This document shows, piece after piece, positions 50,793 to 64,000 of a stretch of DNA of 64,000 nt. Position 1 is the first letter of the stretch. Every line of letters begins with the position of its first letter. Both the position numbers and the translations under genes were made by a program. The DNA comes from Nymphaea colorata (Eukaryota): NCBI RefSeq assembly GCF_008831285.2, contig NC_045138.2, positions 18,662,001 through 18,726,000 on the forward strand, read 5' to 3'. Below the pieces are notes generated by a model. That model searched no databases, was not told where the DNA came from, and was given only the letters and a program-made list of their open reading frames with translations.

Positions 50793-53780
50793 CACACATG
50801 ATTATCCTTGTCTAGATAGTTGGGTTGAAGAAGCCACGTTTTCTGATTGAACTGCATTTTGATGCAATCGAAGTGGCATGGTCTTGTTTATCTATAATAG
50901 ATTGTATCTAAAATTTTTGCATAGCAAAATCTACTTAAAGTAACATATTCTAGTATTCTACTCATTGATCATTGATGTGATCTGCTACAGTGCTATGCAT
51001 GTCTAGAGATAGTAAAGCAATTCTTCATTCAGGAAGAATAAGATAGGTTTCACTACATTATTTTATGATTTGACCAGGCAAGTTTGGTTTATTTAATTAT
51101 TTTATCTTTTTGTTTGAATGTAATCTCTTTTCATCTGGATCCTTAAGAAAATGAAGTTTGGCTAGTGTATGGGTCTGGGCAAAGTGTTAAGGTCTTTTTG
51201 GTTTCTTAAATTCTTTGTACACATCAGGGAATTTTCAACATTTTTGAAAAGAAGATTAGAACAGAAACATAATGTAAACTATGACACAAGTATAATATAT
51301 TACGTTTTGAAATATTACCACATAAATTTAAATTTATCAAAATGGTAAGACACAAGAACTGTAAAAAACTTAATAAATACAATTAACATGAAAATATTGT
51401 TCCTTGCTTCTCATTTTGGAAGACCTTTGAGAGGTGATGTCTCAAAGATTTTATGATACTTTTTCAACATTTTTGAAAAGAAGCTTAGAACACAAACATA
51501 ATGAGTAAACTATGATACAAGTATAATATATTACGTTTTGAAATATTACCACATAAATTTTAATTTATCAAAATGGTAAGACACAAGAACTGTAAAGAAC
51601 TTAATAAATATAATTAACATGAAAATATTGTTCCTTGCTTGTCATTTTGGAAGACCTTTGAGAGGCGATGTCTTGAAGATTTTATGATACTTATTCAACT
51701 CTTTTGAAAAGAAGATTAGAACACAAACATAATGAGTAAACTATGACACAAGTATAATATATTATGTTTTGAAATATACCACATAAATTTAAATTTATCA
51801 AAATGGTAAGACACAAGAACTGTGAAGAACTTAATAAATACAATTAACATGAAAATATCGTTCCTTGCTTGTCATTTTGGAAGACCTTTGAGAGGCGATG
51901 TCTTGAAGATTTTATGATACTTTTTCAACATTTTTGAAAAGAAGATTAGAACACAACCATAATGAGTAAACTATGACACAAGTATAATATATTACGTCTT
52001 GAAATATTACCACATAAATTTAAATTTATCAAAATGGTAAGACACAAGAACTGTAAAAAACTTAATAAATACAATTAACTTGAAAATATTGTTCCTTGCT
52101 TGTCATTTTGGAAGACCTTTGAAGGCGATGTCTTGAAGATTTTATGATTCTTTTTCAACATTTTTGAAAAGAAGATTAGAACACAAACTTAATGTGTATT
52201 TTGAAATATTACCACGTAAATTTAAATTTATCAAAATGGTAAGACCGTAAGGCGCAAGATCTGTAAAGAACTTAATAAATACAAATATACAATTAACATG
52301 AAAATATTGTTCCTTGCTTGTCAGTTTGGAAGACCTTTGAGAGGTGATGTCTTGAAGATTTTATGATACTTTTTTCAACATTTTTGAAAAGAAGATTAGA
52401 ACACAAACATAATGAGTAAACTATGACACAAATATAATATATTACGTTTTGAAATATTTCCACATAAATTTAAATTTATCAAAATGGTAAGACACAAGAA
52501 CTGTAAATAACTTAATAAATACAATTCACTTGAAAATATTGTTCCTTGCTTGTCATTTTGGAGGACCTTTGAAGGCGATGTCTTGAAGATTTTATGATTC
52601 TTTTTCAACATTTTTGTAAAGAAGATTAGAGCACAAACTTAATGAGTATTTTGAAATATTACCACGTAAATTTAAATTTATCAAAACGGTAAGTCCGTAA
52701 GACACAAGATCTGTAAAGAGCTTAAATAAATACAGTTAACATGAAAATATTGTTCTTTGCTTGTCAGTTTGGAAGACCTTTGAGAGGTGATGTCTTGAAA
52801 ATTTTATGATACTTTTTTCAACATTTTTGAAAAGAAGATTAGAACACAAACATAATGAGTAAACTATGACACAAGGATAATATATTACGTTTTGAAATAT
52901 TACCACATAAATTTAAATTTATCAAAATGGTAAGACTCAAGAACTGTAAAGACCTTAGTAGATACAGTTAACATGAAAATATTGTTCCTTGCTTGTCATT
53001 TTGGAAGACCTTTGAGAGGCGATGTCTTGAAGATTTTATGATACTTTTCCCTTAGGCCATCTTTCTGGAGATAGTGCAATGACATCATAATATTTAACAG
53101 GTATCTGTGCATACGACATGGTTACATGTTTTGTGCATGAGAGAGAGAGAGAGAGAGAGGATTTCCTGTGTTAAAATCATAGTACTTGATTCTGTAATGC
53201 TGCTTCAGATTAGGAAATTTTCTCCTAATCTTAGGCAGAGAGGGAGGGAGAGAGAGAGAGTTGTAGGCATTTCCTACGTTTATGTTTAACTCGTAATACT
53301 TGATTCTGTAGTGTAATGCCGCTTCATTTAGGAAATGGTCTCCTAATCAAAGCCATGTCCAGTTTCTAACCAGGTTGGAGGCAGACACACGTACATGAAC
53401 AAACATGCCTGACAGGGCTGTTGCATGAAACTTTGGCTTTAGATATAGAACGGTTTGTTTTGCTGTTCTTTCCCAAAGTCATGGCAGGTTTTGTCACTCA
53501 GTGGTAAAAGGCAACACGCCTTATGCATAGGACTTTAATGAGCAGTATGTTAACGCATGACAAAAATTAAAATTCATTTTTTGACTTTAAAGTTGATATG
53601 ATTATGCCAACTTCATTATTTTTTTTTATAGTTTTATTTTCCTTGTACAAATTATGAAATCAATTAATTGATCAACCGTTTCGACATCAGATCGTGAATC
53701 CAAAGAATAAAAGCATTCAAGATATTCCGGGATTAGCACCACCAGCACCTGGCCGGAAGCTTCTTTGGGACGTTTGCTAA
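42494..53780 (+). CDS. NPSN11: Novel plant SNARE 11-like (Qb-SNARE), 263 aa
   Basis: Exons 42494-42570, 43685-43777, 44646-44739, 44878-44915, 46640-46734, 48740-48819, 49283-49339, 49426-49518, 49751-49825, 53691-53780 (792 nt, in phase). Sequence GQIADIFRALSNGFQKLEKIKDANRQSRQLEELT, SNARE motif ...IGRQVATDRCIM, TM segment, DIPGLAPP. Confidence 0.93.
47608..48620. mobile_element. hAT-type non-autonomous element in NPSN11 intron 5
   Basis: Imperfect TIRs CAATGTTGT...ATAACACTG; flanks ACCTTTAT (47600-47607) and GCCTTTAT (48621-48628), a 7/8 TSD; CGTATC/GATAC repeats. Confidence 0.8.
47974..48298 (+). mobile_element. Solo LTR (325 bp) nested in the hAT element
   Basis: 5-bp TSD CATGA (47969-47973, 48299-48303); ends CGACGCAG...CTGCATCA (imperfect inverted repeat of the TGATGCAG type); internal TATA-like CTATTTAAAG. 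Confidence 0.75.
50504..50545. repeat. Perfect 42-bp palindrome centred on an AT run
   Basis: gcatgaacatggaat-(at)6-attccatgttcatgc. Confidence 0.9.
51232..53048. repeat. Tandem array of 8 copies of an AT-rich ~213-231 bp unit in the last NPSN11 intron
   Basis: Marker caac(a)tttttgaaaagaagattagaac recurs near 51236, 51465, 51696, 51926, 52156, 52376, 52606 and 52819. Confidence 0.95.
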
Positions 53781-55599
53781 TTGGAGCGTCGCAGTTTTGG
53801 TTTTCATGTTAATTATTCTCATTGATTTCATATTCTTTTTCACATTATTGCTGCTCCATCTGTGGCTGCAGTGGCAGCAGCTGCCGCTTCTGTTGTTGTT
53901 GGGGCCTGTGCGTATGTATACAAGTTAAAGTTGGGCGTTCTGATTCCAGTGCCTCTGTAACTTTAGTTTCCTCAGTTTTCTTCTTTTGACTGTTACGCCA
54001 GTTGTACTATGTTCTCACGTCTGAACCAATGGCAACAAGTGCATTGAGACACTAATTTCCTGTTGGATGTGTATGATCATTATTTATTTGATGGGGCCAT
54101 TGTGTACAAAACATTTGTTCAGTACGTACAGCATATTTCAATTATTGTGTTGAATAGCAAAAAGCAAAAGGCAAAAAAGAAGAAAAAGGTTGGTGCATGT
54201 TTTAGCTTGTCTGCTCTTAGAAATAATATTAATTATTAGCCTTTGTAAATGCAAAAACATCAATTTGCCATGATTTGCTTTGAAACTGGAGTTATTTCTT
54301 CGGGCTGCAGGAGTGATCCATAAGGGAAAAGTTCACATCCATGTGTTCTGAAGAGTTCTAAACATTGGCTGCTCACTTGGGGATGGTTCTTGACTCGAAT
54401 CTACAACAATATGGTTTTCAATCGTGTACAAAATATATTTCAATCTATTCAGTCGTTTATAAATTTATGCATGTTGGTAGATTAGGGATGTAAAGGGGAA
54501 AAGATTTTGCCAAAGTCAAAAAGCAATGTCCCCAATGAGTAATTCATACCCGGCTAGATGGTGTGCAATTTTAAAAGCTGAGGTAATAAAGCAGCTCTCA
54601 TGTTCGGCGAGAGAGGAGTATTTCGAGGTTCTACAATGACGTGAATAGCCAATCTACTATTTTATTTGAGCACATCTACCTTGTCTATATTTGAAAGAAC
54701 CATCTTTGCTTCTAGTCATTCTTGGGTGCAACTATACAAGGATAAAGCCCAGTCCTGACCTCTCATACCAGCAAAGATGAAGACTGCAGATTCTCCGCAA
54801 CCCGAGAAGCTGCTCCCAGTTTTAGCTTGTGCGAGAAGAGAGCCGTTGCATTATTGCATAGGAATTCTGATAAGAAACATATAGAAGAAAATGTAGAATA
54901 AGAATACGAAGACAACTGTGAAAGTTGAGAGTCCTTAAACTTGTGATCTTTCTGTGAACAAAACAACAAAAGCACATTTTCGTCGTCTGTTGAAAGTGGG
55001 ACACTCTGCAGGTGTCCCCTATGGAGGATATAGGACCTGTGCCTGAAAAAAGGGGCATCGGCCTCAGTTACAAATGCATGCTTTTCATGGTGGTGCCCCT
55101 TAAATTAACAATTGGATTGATGTAGGCCTTTCAATGCAGGTAAAATCAACATCATTTGTCACTCAATCAGCACGAATATAGTACACAACCTTCTTTACCT
55201 TTTGTTTTTACCGCTAACTTATAAGAGATATACAATGCGGGAAATGATATAATTTGTCACTTTATTAGCACGTTAAATATGTGGGCACCTAAAATTAGGT
55301 TAGTTTTATCGATATATCTGCCATCAAACCAATCTTATGGAAAGTTCCTTTTCAGGTTGGTCTTGGTAAAACCAAAAGCAAGTACTGCTAGGGTCTGGAT
55401 TAAGCATGGCGAACTCAATTAACCTGTCCATAGTGCGAAGTCGGATTTTGTCAAACTTAGGTTTTGCTTTCAAATAATCTTGTGCTTAACTGGACATTCT
55501 ACATTCCAATACCAAGTTACTCTGAATTATGATATTTGCTTATACATGGTTCAGGTGAATAGGAGGTTAACAACCTACCATTGTGAAAAGAGGCCCAAA

Positions 55600-55740
55600 G
55601 GCTCACATTCCCCCTAACATCAACTTAGAGTGTCGCAATACTACCATTACGGTCTAGAGGAGTAGCACCCATGAAAATCAAATCGACAACATACCTTCTA
55701 AGCGCAACCACCTTCTCGACCAGTTATGCTACACCCTTTG
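55600..55740 (-). mobile_element. Possible decayed tRNA-derived SINE
   Basis: Minus strand GGGTGTAGCATAACTGG resembles a Pol III A box, with only a degenerate B-box-like motif about 40 nt downstream. Confidence 0.25.
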
Positions 55741-57965
55741 AAGCATGCTTTCACATGATCAACATCATCGAGCTTAAAGAGCTTGGCCGATCCTTACAAG
55801 TTTATGCCAATAGATATTGCAATTTTTGATGTCTTAAATTTAACCCTTAATCAGGTTGAAAGATCTTATGTCTAAGCAGGATTAGACATTTACGTTTTAA
55901 GGGCCCAGTTTTATTAGCCTTATATAGTGATTCCAACCGTACAAGAATTGCACTGAGCTCAATGGTGAGAGCAGCAAGACAAGGACAGCTATCTCGGTTG
56001 CCATGTAGGCGTTCTGAAAGGAGATATAGGTTCCCATCTGCTTCAGTTGCTCAGTTTTTTTTGCCAATCCAACCACACGGATGTGACATCCGTTAACCTT
56101 TTCAGTGCAAAATATTCCTTAGTGTAAGAGGTTTTGGTAGCACGATTTCTAGCACGACTAGAAACAACTCTACATGCATAATTTATGGAAAACCTGTTCA
56201 TTAGTTTTCTGCTTCCTTTTGCTTTTCCTCAGGATAACCAGCAGAACCTTAAATTTCAAAGATCTTCTTTAATATAATTAAAGCAACTTGCTTTAAAGTA
56301 TATCCCCATTATAATGAAGAGACACCATTGACGGGACAGCAGGGACAAGAGTGGCTTCCCAACATGATTATAAAAGTAAGGTTCTTCTTTAGTTTCAGTG
56401 CACGAGTTTATTGGTTTAGTTATGCATTTATTTGCTTCAGGGTAAAAAGAAGGGAACCACAGGATAATAATTGGTTGGTAAGACCTCTAGTTCTTCTCAT
56501 CCACAGACACAGCACAACCATTTCAATCCTGTGACGAATGACCACTTTCAGAAATTAGAATCACGGATTACATGATGATTGAATCCCTTGTGGGTGTGGA
56601 AGTTCTCAGTAGATATAGAAAAGATTTGAGACAAAGACTCACCAACTATCATAATCTTCATCCATGCTCATGCTCATCTACTGCAAATGATCAGCCTGGA
56701 TACTGCAGAAGAGGATCTTTTCTGCAAGGAGAAGCTTCCAAATTGGAGTCCTTCTCTCGTTCTTTTGTAAAGTTCTTCTACACGGTCCAGTAATTTTGGT
56801 TAACACACTGGTAAGTTCCCGGGTAACCGTGGTTTATTGTTGGAAAACAAAAAGTAAAATGAGATGTTTTTTGTTTCTCTGTAGCATATCTTAGTCCCAC
56901 ATGCGCAGATCTTCAAAATTTTTTGCTTACCAAATTAATATTCCTCCCCATAATGCCAAGTTATTTTGCCCTTTTCTCCTGCAAGGAAAAACAAAAGCAG
57001 AACTCTTTTTTATCTGTTTTCACTCGCATTTTCCAGTTACCTTGAGCAAGATGTTTCATGTGATTCATGATCCTCTAAAGCAACCCAAGAACACAACCTT
57101 TTACAGTCCATTGCATGAGATTGGACCATAATCTTAGATCTGTTTCTTTAAATTAATGCAGTCAACATGAAACCAAAAGAAGCCTCTCTAGCTTTATTTT
57201 AAATGGGTCTAAGCTCATTATTATCACAGAAAGGTTATGGTATTCCCACTTTGGCAGATGAGCAATCTAAATGTTTCTGGTACAACAAAGGTCTGCTACA
57301 AAAACTTTTCTGTATTTAGGCCATGGCTAACTTCCTGCACTATACCACAGTTGAGATCAGCCTTAATTGGTAGTTGAAAATGGGTTACAGTAGGTCTTTA
57401 TTTGAATGCACACCCTAACGAGCCTCAACCAAAAGGGAAGTTAAGCACTGTGTAGCAAAGGAGCATCTTTGCTTTTGTGGGTCGCTTTCTTTAAATGGAT
57501 AGAGAAAAGTGAATGCTTAAGATAAGAAGACACTTTCTACCAGCAAGGAAAGGGTGTGAACCACCTTTGGAAGGCGATGAAAATTTTTTATATACAAATC
57601 AGGATCTAGTATGATTTGCCCCATGATTCTTTCCTTGCATCTTAAAAGGCTTTTGAATATAAAAGAAGTGCTATATATTAATCCTTTTCCTTGTTGGCTT
57701 TCTATTTATATTATTATACTGCAATTGCTTGAACGGAAAGCAAAGTAATGGAACCTAACTGCAAGCAAAACCAGACCAGTTTCAGGGATGTGACTAATTT
57801 TAGATAAAAATATAGTGTCAGGAGACTGAGGACCATGGACCGTGGTTTAAATTAGGGCAACATAAATAGACCCATTTCACACACAGATGTACCGTGTCTT
57901 TAGTTTCCGTTTCACTATCTTTCTTCATGCTAAACAGTAAATACCGAAATATCACTGGTCATTGG

Positions 57966-57966
<1 letters not shown>

Positions 57967-58040
<74 letters not shown>
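57967..58040. repeat. Compound (CT)n(AT)n microsatellite
   Basis: Directly visible; similar tracts near 13850, 27050, 50750, 59150, 59390, 61545 and 63477. Confidence 0.9.
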
Positions 58041-58042
<2 letters not shown>

Positions 58043-59159
58043 CTAGATGACTACGGATAAATAATTCTCCCTCTCTCTCTCTATATATCTAAATATATAT
58101 ATATATATATAAATATTTTTTAACTATTTTCACTGATCTTTTTTCATAAAGCCTACTTTATGAACATGTTTTCTGTGTTCAACATATAATGAATTTATGA
58201 AAATCAAAGATGAACAGCATTTTCCATATCTTTACTAGGATTTTATAAGCATTTGAAGTTAAAATTCTGCAATTATTGGTCTTCAGAAACTCATTTTGTG
58301 TGTTCAAATAACATGATCTTGTGTTCTTAAATGCGGTAACTTTTTTAAAAAATGGAGCAAAGGTTTTTTTAGAAGTTATAATTAAGCATCAAATTGCGCG
58401 TGCTGCAAGAACACATTCTATTTAGGCCCTCCAATTTGCCCTAATCCTGTTTTTTTTTTTTCTTTTGGCTTCCCAGGTTCCTAGAAACGGCCAAACGATG
58501 ACCTCATGCGGACGAACATCATCACGGTAAAAAGTCTCATTCGAATCTCTGAATAGTGTCGTGCTTTGGGGTCTGCAAAATCTCGCTCATGTGGCCTACA
58601 AGGGAAAGGAAGAGCAGTCTATTGCATATCTAATTAAATTTAAGCAACACTCAAGCAGAATTTGTAGGTTACAGCCGAACAATTTTCAGTAAGTCATAGT
58701 CCAACATTAAAAAAATTCGTCACACTCCCTCAAAATTTCTTAAGTTAGAGCAAACAGATCAGCTCCAAACTGAAATTTCCACTGGACACCTGTTCAAACT
58801 TTTGCTCTCTCTATTGTTAATGCACCCAATTGAATTGGGTAGCGCTTAAATTCATGTCCTCGATTAGATTCTTAGAGAAAATTATCTTGATGGTATTAAA
58901 GAGTGTTGAGTTAGAATTGAGGGTTGCCGCTCGGCAGCTAACTAAACTCTTCCCTTATATTTTGTGGAGCAAGTTGGTCTCCGTTATCGGATTTTCTTTA
59001 ATTTCCTCCTTTTGTGCGTGCTTTTCGTTTCTTTTTTTTTGTGTTTTTGTAGTTGGCGACAGCTTGTCCCCAGTTTTACTCACATTTCCATTTTATAGGC
59101 TTCATCTGGGTGGGATCTCCCCAAATAAGCCGTCTTTCTACGAATACTATTTCTCTCTC

Positions 59160-59190
<31 letters not shown>

Positions 59191-59389
59191 TTTGCTTGAT
59201 CTCTATTTTTTGTTCTAACTTCCCGTTGGGAGCATGTTTTTATAATGTCGAAGTCTTTTCTCTTTCTCTCTCTCTCTCTTACTGAGAGAGGAAGTCTCTC
59301 TCTCCCTCTCTGGGTTGCGTCTCGCTACCCAAGAGATTTTCTTTGTGAATACACTGCTCAACCACTCCCCTTCTCTCTCCCTCTCTCTG

Positions 59390-59426
<37 letters not shown>

Positions 59427-61541
59427 GCACACACACACTGCCGCAGTTTCCATTCAGATTGCATTACTACAACCAAGTACGAACCATTTTTGACAGGAAT
59501 ATATGTCTTCATCTCTTTTCTTGTCAAAGAAAATAATTCTTGAAAGACAACCTCTTATAAGTGATACATCTCTTTCTCTCTCTCATATGTCAACACAGAA
59601 ACAGAGCCATGTACACTCGTTCTTCGGTCCTTATGATTCTCTTCCAAAGGGCACCTTCCAGTACAAGAACTAAACCCCCAACTTTCTCAGTCACTGCTTC
59701 TACTGTCATATTTCCAACAATTCTTCTTTATATTTGCATCTCCTTAGATGTGATTGCAAACTTTGTCCTCATCCCATCTTGGTACCCACAATCTCCATGA
59801 TGCCCTGCTCTCTGTCCCACAGCTATTAACTTGAAGACAAAGACACCTATCTCTCTCTCTCTCTATCTAGATATATATATATATATCAACACAAATTCTC
59901 TTTAGTCTTTCCTGTTTCAAAAGCAGGACCGTGTGAAAAAGCAACGCCATGCAAGTTCACAGAAAATCTCAATCAGTATAAAACACCGCAGACTGATAAC
60001 ATCTTGTTAGATTATTTATGGTATGATTTCTTCCTGTCCCCTGCAGCATCTGGTTGTTGAGATCGGCGAGACCCTCTCTATCGATCCGAGGGTCCCCTGC
60101 TTTGACATTGCAACAACAAACTCTCTGTAGTTTCAAAGCAGACAGCAAGAAATTAGAGAACGAAAATCTTGGTGACCATCATGTGGCTTCCATAATTTAT
60201 GACAAGATGATCGTCGTTGGTGGCAATGATCCTGATCGAATCATTTATAAACAGTAACCAATGTTGGCGCATGATATTGAACAGGAAGTAAGGTGCAGCA
60301 CTGTTTCTTCAAAGATGTTTTCATAGATACAGAGTAATTTCCGTAGTTTGGTTCTTCCTTGTATATTTAATTATTTTAAATTCTTGTGTCGCCCTTTAAT
60401 TGGTGGAAATGTTAAAAAAACAAATTTTGTAATAAAAAAATTGAAATATATACAAAACTGATTAAACTTGACACTTGGCACTTTGAAACTGAACATGGAG
60501 CCACCAATTCGGACCATCTTGCCTTATTTCTTCATGTGATATTCCCACTTATATATCCACCATCTCACCAAGGTGCTACGCCTCATGTTTAAAGTTCCAA
60601 GTTGCTATATTCACCATATGACAAACCTGACACTTGGGTGTTTTGATTACTTCAAATTTGAGAACATAAATACATCTGAGTTTTTGCTAATGTAGCAAAA
60701 GATTGATGATAAAATCCATGGTTCAACATTTGAAACCTTTCTTTTGCCTTTCTGCATTGAGAAAATGTTTGAATCAAAATCGGAGAGAGGAAGGTCTCAC
60801 TCTAAATTCATAGGGATCTTAAATAGGGCTTCAAATCTTAACTTTTTTAAACAAAACATCAATTTAGACTATGTAATTAAATATGTGAAAGGAAACATAT
60901 TTATTAAATATATGTAATAACAGTTAAAAAGATACTCAGAATATTGAAATAGGAGCAAAAAGAAAAAAAAATTATTGAATCCAAAACTATCTAAAAATAC
61001 TTGAAGAGCTATCGGAATACTGAGGCAAAGCTGAGGCATCTTATTCATCGAAGCAGCATGTCAGAAACTTCTGTAGAAAAGCAGAGACTGGACGACGCCG
61101 AAAACAGTCTGTGTCCCGTGACGCAGCACATAACTAACACCGCCACCAAGGCCTAAGTCTGTCTCTGCTCGACCCTTCACTTCTCCTTGGATTAAAAAAT
61201 CTACAATTTTCTACGTTTCTTTTGAGCACCATCTATGTTCTCCTGTGTCGTTTCAATTCTTCAAAGTTCAGGTAAACTTAGATTCGTAGTCGTTTTCATA
61301 AACCCATCTCTCTCTCTTGCAAGGTGATGCCACCCGGTGGGCCTGCCGGCAATGACAGGAGAGAGCCATAAAACTTCAAGCAAAACCTCTACCCAAGATG
61401 AATAGAGGAAAGACCCAACGACTCCCCATAAAAGAAGAGAGAGAGAGAGGGGAGGGAAAGAAGGGAGACATGAGCCATTTGATTTTATATCAAGCGGTTT
61501 AGATTTGATGCCTTATATATTTTAAAAAAACTTTAGAATCA

Positions 61542-61587
<46 letters not shown>

Positions 61588-63475
61588 TGTATTATATAAT
61601 ACAATACAAAATTGAATTTATTAGCAGCCAAGACACAATCTTTGAATCTTTTGACATAGAAAAGACGGGATGTTGTCCGGACTGGCTGAGTTGATGGACG
61701 TCGCATGCTTGAATGAGAGTTTTGATTTGATTCTTCCACCTAAAGTGCACTCACGCCGGTAGAAAACTCTTACCTTGCTCGTAAAACAAGTGATGGTCCG
61801 GTCAAATTAACTACGTCTCCAGTGGGCAGCTCTTTTTTTTTTTTTCTTTCATTTTAAAGTTTAGTAAGGCATTAGTGAAGGCAGCTCAAGGAATCCCATG
61901 CACGACTTTGACTCGAGCCCGGGATGCTGTTCTTGTTGTGTTAGGTTAGTGTCTTGACCAGTGCGCTTTTGCATGGCAGGTCTAGATGCTTTTCTGACTT
62001 GATTCCGGCGGCCGGGATTCCTTCTGGGCTTGGGTCCATCCGGCGGGCCGCACATGTTATAGACCGGGTAAACCATAGCTTCCGATCACATCAGCCCCGG
62101 CCGGTTCTTCATTGACCATGTATTAGTAGCAAGCTCAGGCTAAGCCAAATTAGAGTTACCAAGAAACGTGTTGCATGCGCCACAGTCGGATGTTGGACTC
62201 ACTTACCAAACTTCAGGTTCGAGTCCCATTTCCTCAACATTTTGGTCACACTGTCAAGCTGATCAGCCCGGCTCGATCTTGATTTGAATCAGTCATCATT
62301 TAAACCAACCTTTATAAGTGGGGATGTTACTGTATCTTATTATTTTAAATCAAATATCAAATCAGACCATTCTAAAAAAAAATTGGATAAAAAAATTAAG
62401 ATCATTTTAAGAAAACAGGTCCTATTCAAATTTTAGATGACATGCGATCAGATTCAGATGTACACGAATATATCTGATTGGATTTAGACTCAGATTCAGC
62501 TTGAGATCAGATTTAGTTTTAAATAAATATCATATAGATTTTGAAAATTGACTGAACTCTGTTCAAAATTTGGATTTCAAATATGAATGTAAAAATCTGA
62601 TTCCGATTGTGAAATCAAATTCGAGATTCAAATATGATATATTTTTGCTTTGTTTGTTTTCAAATTTGAATATCTGAAAAAAAAAGATATGATTAAGGGT
62701 ATATCCAATTCAAAATCTTACTCGAAGCTTGGCCCTTGACAATGAAATTGCCAACAAAACCTTAGGAATCAGTCTCTCCACGAAGAGACAGACGCGAGTA
62801 TCGAATTCTTGACCTTCTTTAAATTGAAGATGTTCAGTTTCGACTCTCTAAGACATTAGCTTTAGTTGGCTGGGAAAGGAGGCACCTACCTAAGAATTAG
62901 CGGTCAAGCTCAGTCAGGTCAAGGGCTCGACCAAGCAAGGTCATGGAACCAAAAAAAGGCAGTCAAATCCCACTTATCATTTTGTACTTTGCCTTTGATG
63001 TCAGGACTAAGCTCAAGAAAGGAATTGCGTATATCTCCTTTCCTTTTAGCTTTTCAGCTTTGGAAACAACCGGTGACGTAATATTTATTGTAACCCACCT
63101 GAGCTTTTACTGGTCTACCGGATTTCTTGGTCTTCATTTCACTTCTCTTTTACCTTTACCATAAAATAATGCTTAAATATTTCTTCGATTTTTGACCATT
63201 AAAAGCATTTAAGTAGGAGACTGGATGCATATGATATGGGGGGAGGATCCGCTCTCATCACATCTTTTCCTTTTTTGGATTGGGAAAAGGAAGCCGTCAG
63301 CCGTTGGATGACCCCATCAGACGGCGCAGATGCCATTTCATGGGTCATCCCATTTTGGGCAATGCAGCAAATTCTTCTGCTCAGAACAATAAATGCTTTG
63401 GATGCTGGTTTCCCTAAGAAATGACCCATGTAGATTTTCCCCTCCCATGGTGAAAAAAAGGTAAAGTTGGTAACT

Positions 63476-63512
<37 letters not shown>

Positions 63513-64000
63513 GACTTTTTATTGTCTTCCCTTGAGGGCAAAAACACCAGAAAATAGTGAATGATCCGAAAGATTGGAGCAGTTATGCCTTCAATGGACC
63601 CAACATGCATGGCCCCTCAGTATCAATACATTCCCCAACTTTGATTCAAGGCTTTCCACATTTAATAACAAGATGGGCACATAGTTGCAGCCTTACTCTT
63701 GGATTACATCTGATCAACAGGTCCCATTGCTTGTTGCTTCAATTTGATAGACACTTCTCTGCAAGCAAAGAGTGTGACTTGTGCATTCATCTGCACCACA
63801 TTCCTTGGTGGCCTCCAATGGATGCGCTCATGTTATCTTCATATTCTTTCTTGAGGCTCCATGTTGCTACTTGCCTTAATTGGAATCGCCGCCCGTCTGC
63901 TTCGATAGGAGAGATCGACAGTTGTTTCTGTTAGATTGTAAATTTTTCAGAGAAACGCAGAGTCTATCTATATTGTTTACATTGATGTGAAGATCTTAAG

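Noticed and set aside
51232..53048. CRISPR-like array
   Set aside because: Whole units are repeated with no unique spacers, the context is a plant intron, and there are no cas genes
58830..59536. 151-aa and neighbouring ORFs
   Set aside because: Built from CT and AT microsatellites and T-rich sequence
61080..61170. miRNA-like hairpin (agcagagac...gtctctgct)
   Set aside because: Stem is only about 9-13 bp and matches no conserved plant miRNA I recognise
62170..62240. tRNA suggested by CAGGTTCGAGTCCC
   Set aside because: Only a T-loop-like motif; no acceptor, D or anticodon stems could be formed
62800..62825. TAS3 tasiARF-like ttcttgacctt
   Set aside because: Match stops after 11 nt and no miR390 sites were seen

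Overview
Eukaryotic (flowering-plant) genomic DNA with spliced genes; most short ORFs in the track are spurious or are single exons. Gene models built by hand from splice sites and reading phase: an intronless nicotinamidase (NIC2-like, +); a Raf-like group C kinase (+, 6 exons); a compound minus-strand RDM1 locus; BUD32/PRPK KEOPS kinase (+, 6 exons); SUV3 mitochondrial RNA helicase (-, 15 coding exons, one GC-AG intron); NPSN11-like SNARE (+, 10 exons); then about 10 kb with no confident gene. The most notable structure is the RDM1 locus. One acidic first coding exon (20159-20015, phase-1 donor) can be spliced in frame to the RDM1 exon, to the exon of an unrelated conserved protein 149 nt further downstream, and possibly to an uninterrupted hAT transposase ORF in the 6.9 kb intron. 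That transposase has Lys in place of the catalytic Glu and sits inside an older, split hAT copy. The window also holds hAT-type MITEs with 8-bp TSDs, a nested solo LTR with a 5-bp TSD, an 8-copy ~230-bp intronic tandem array with higher-order structure, and microsatellites. No transcript data were available, so all splice models are predictions.
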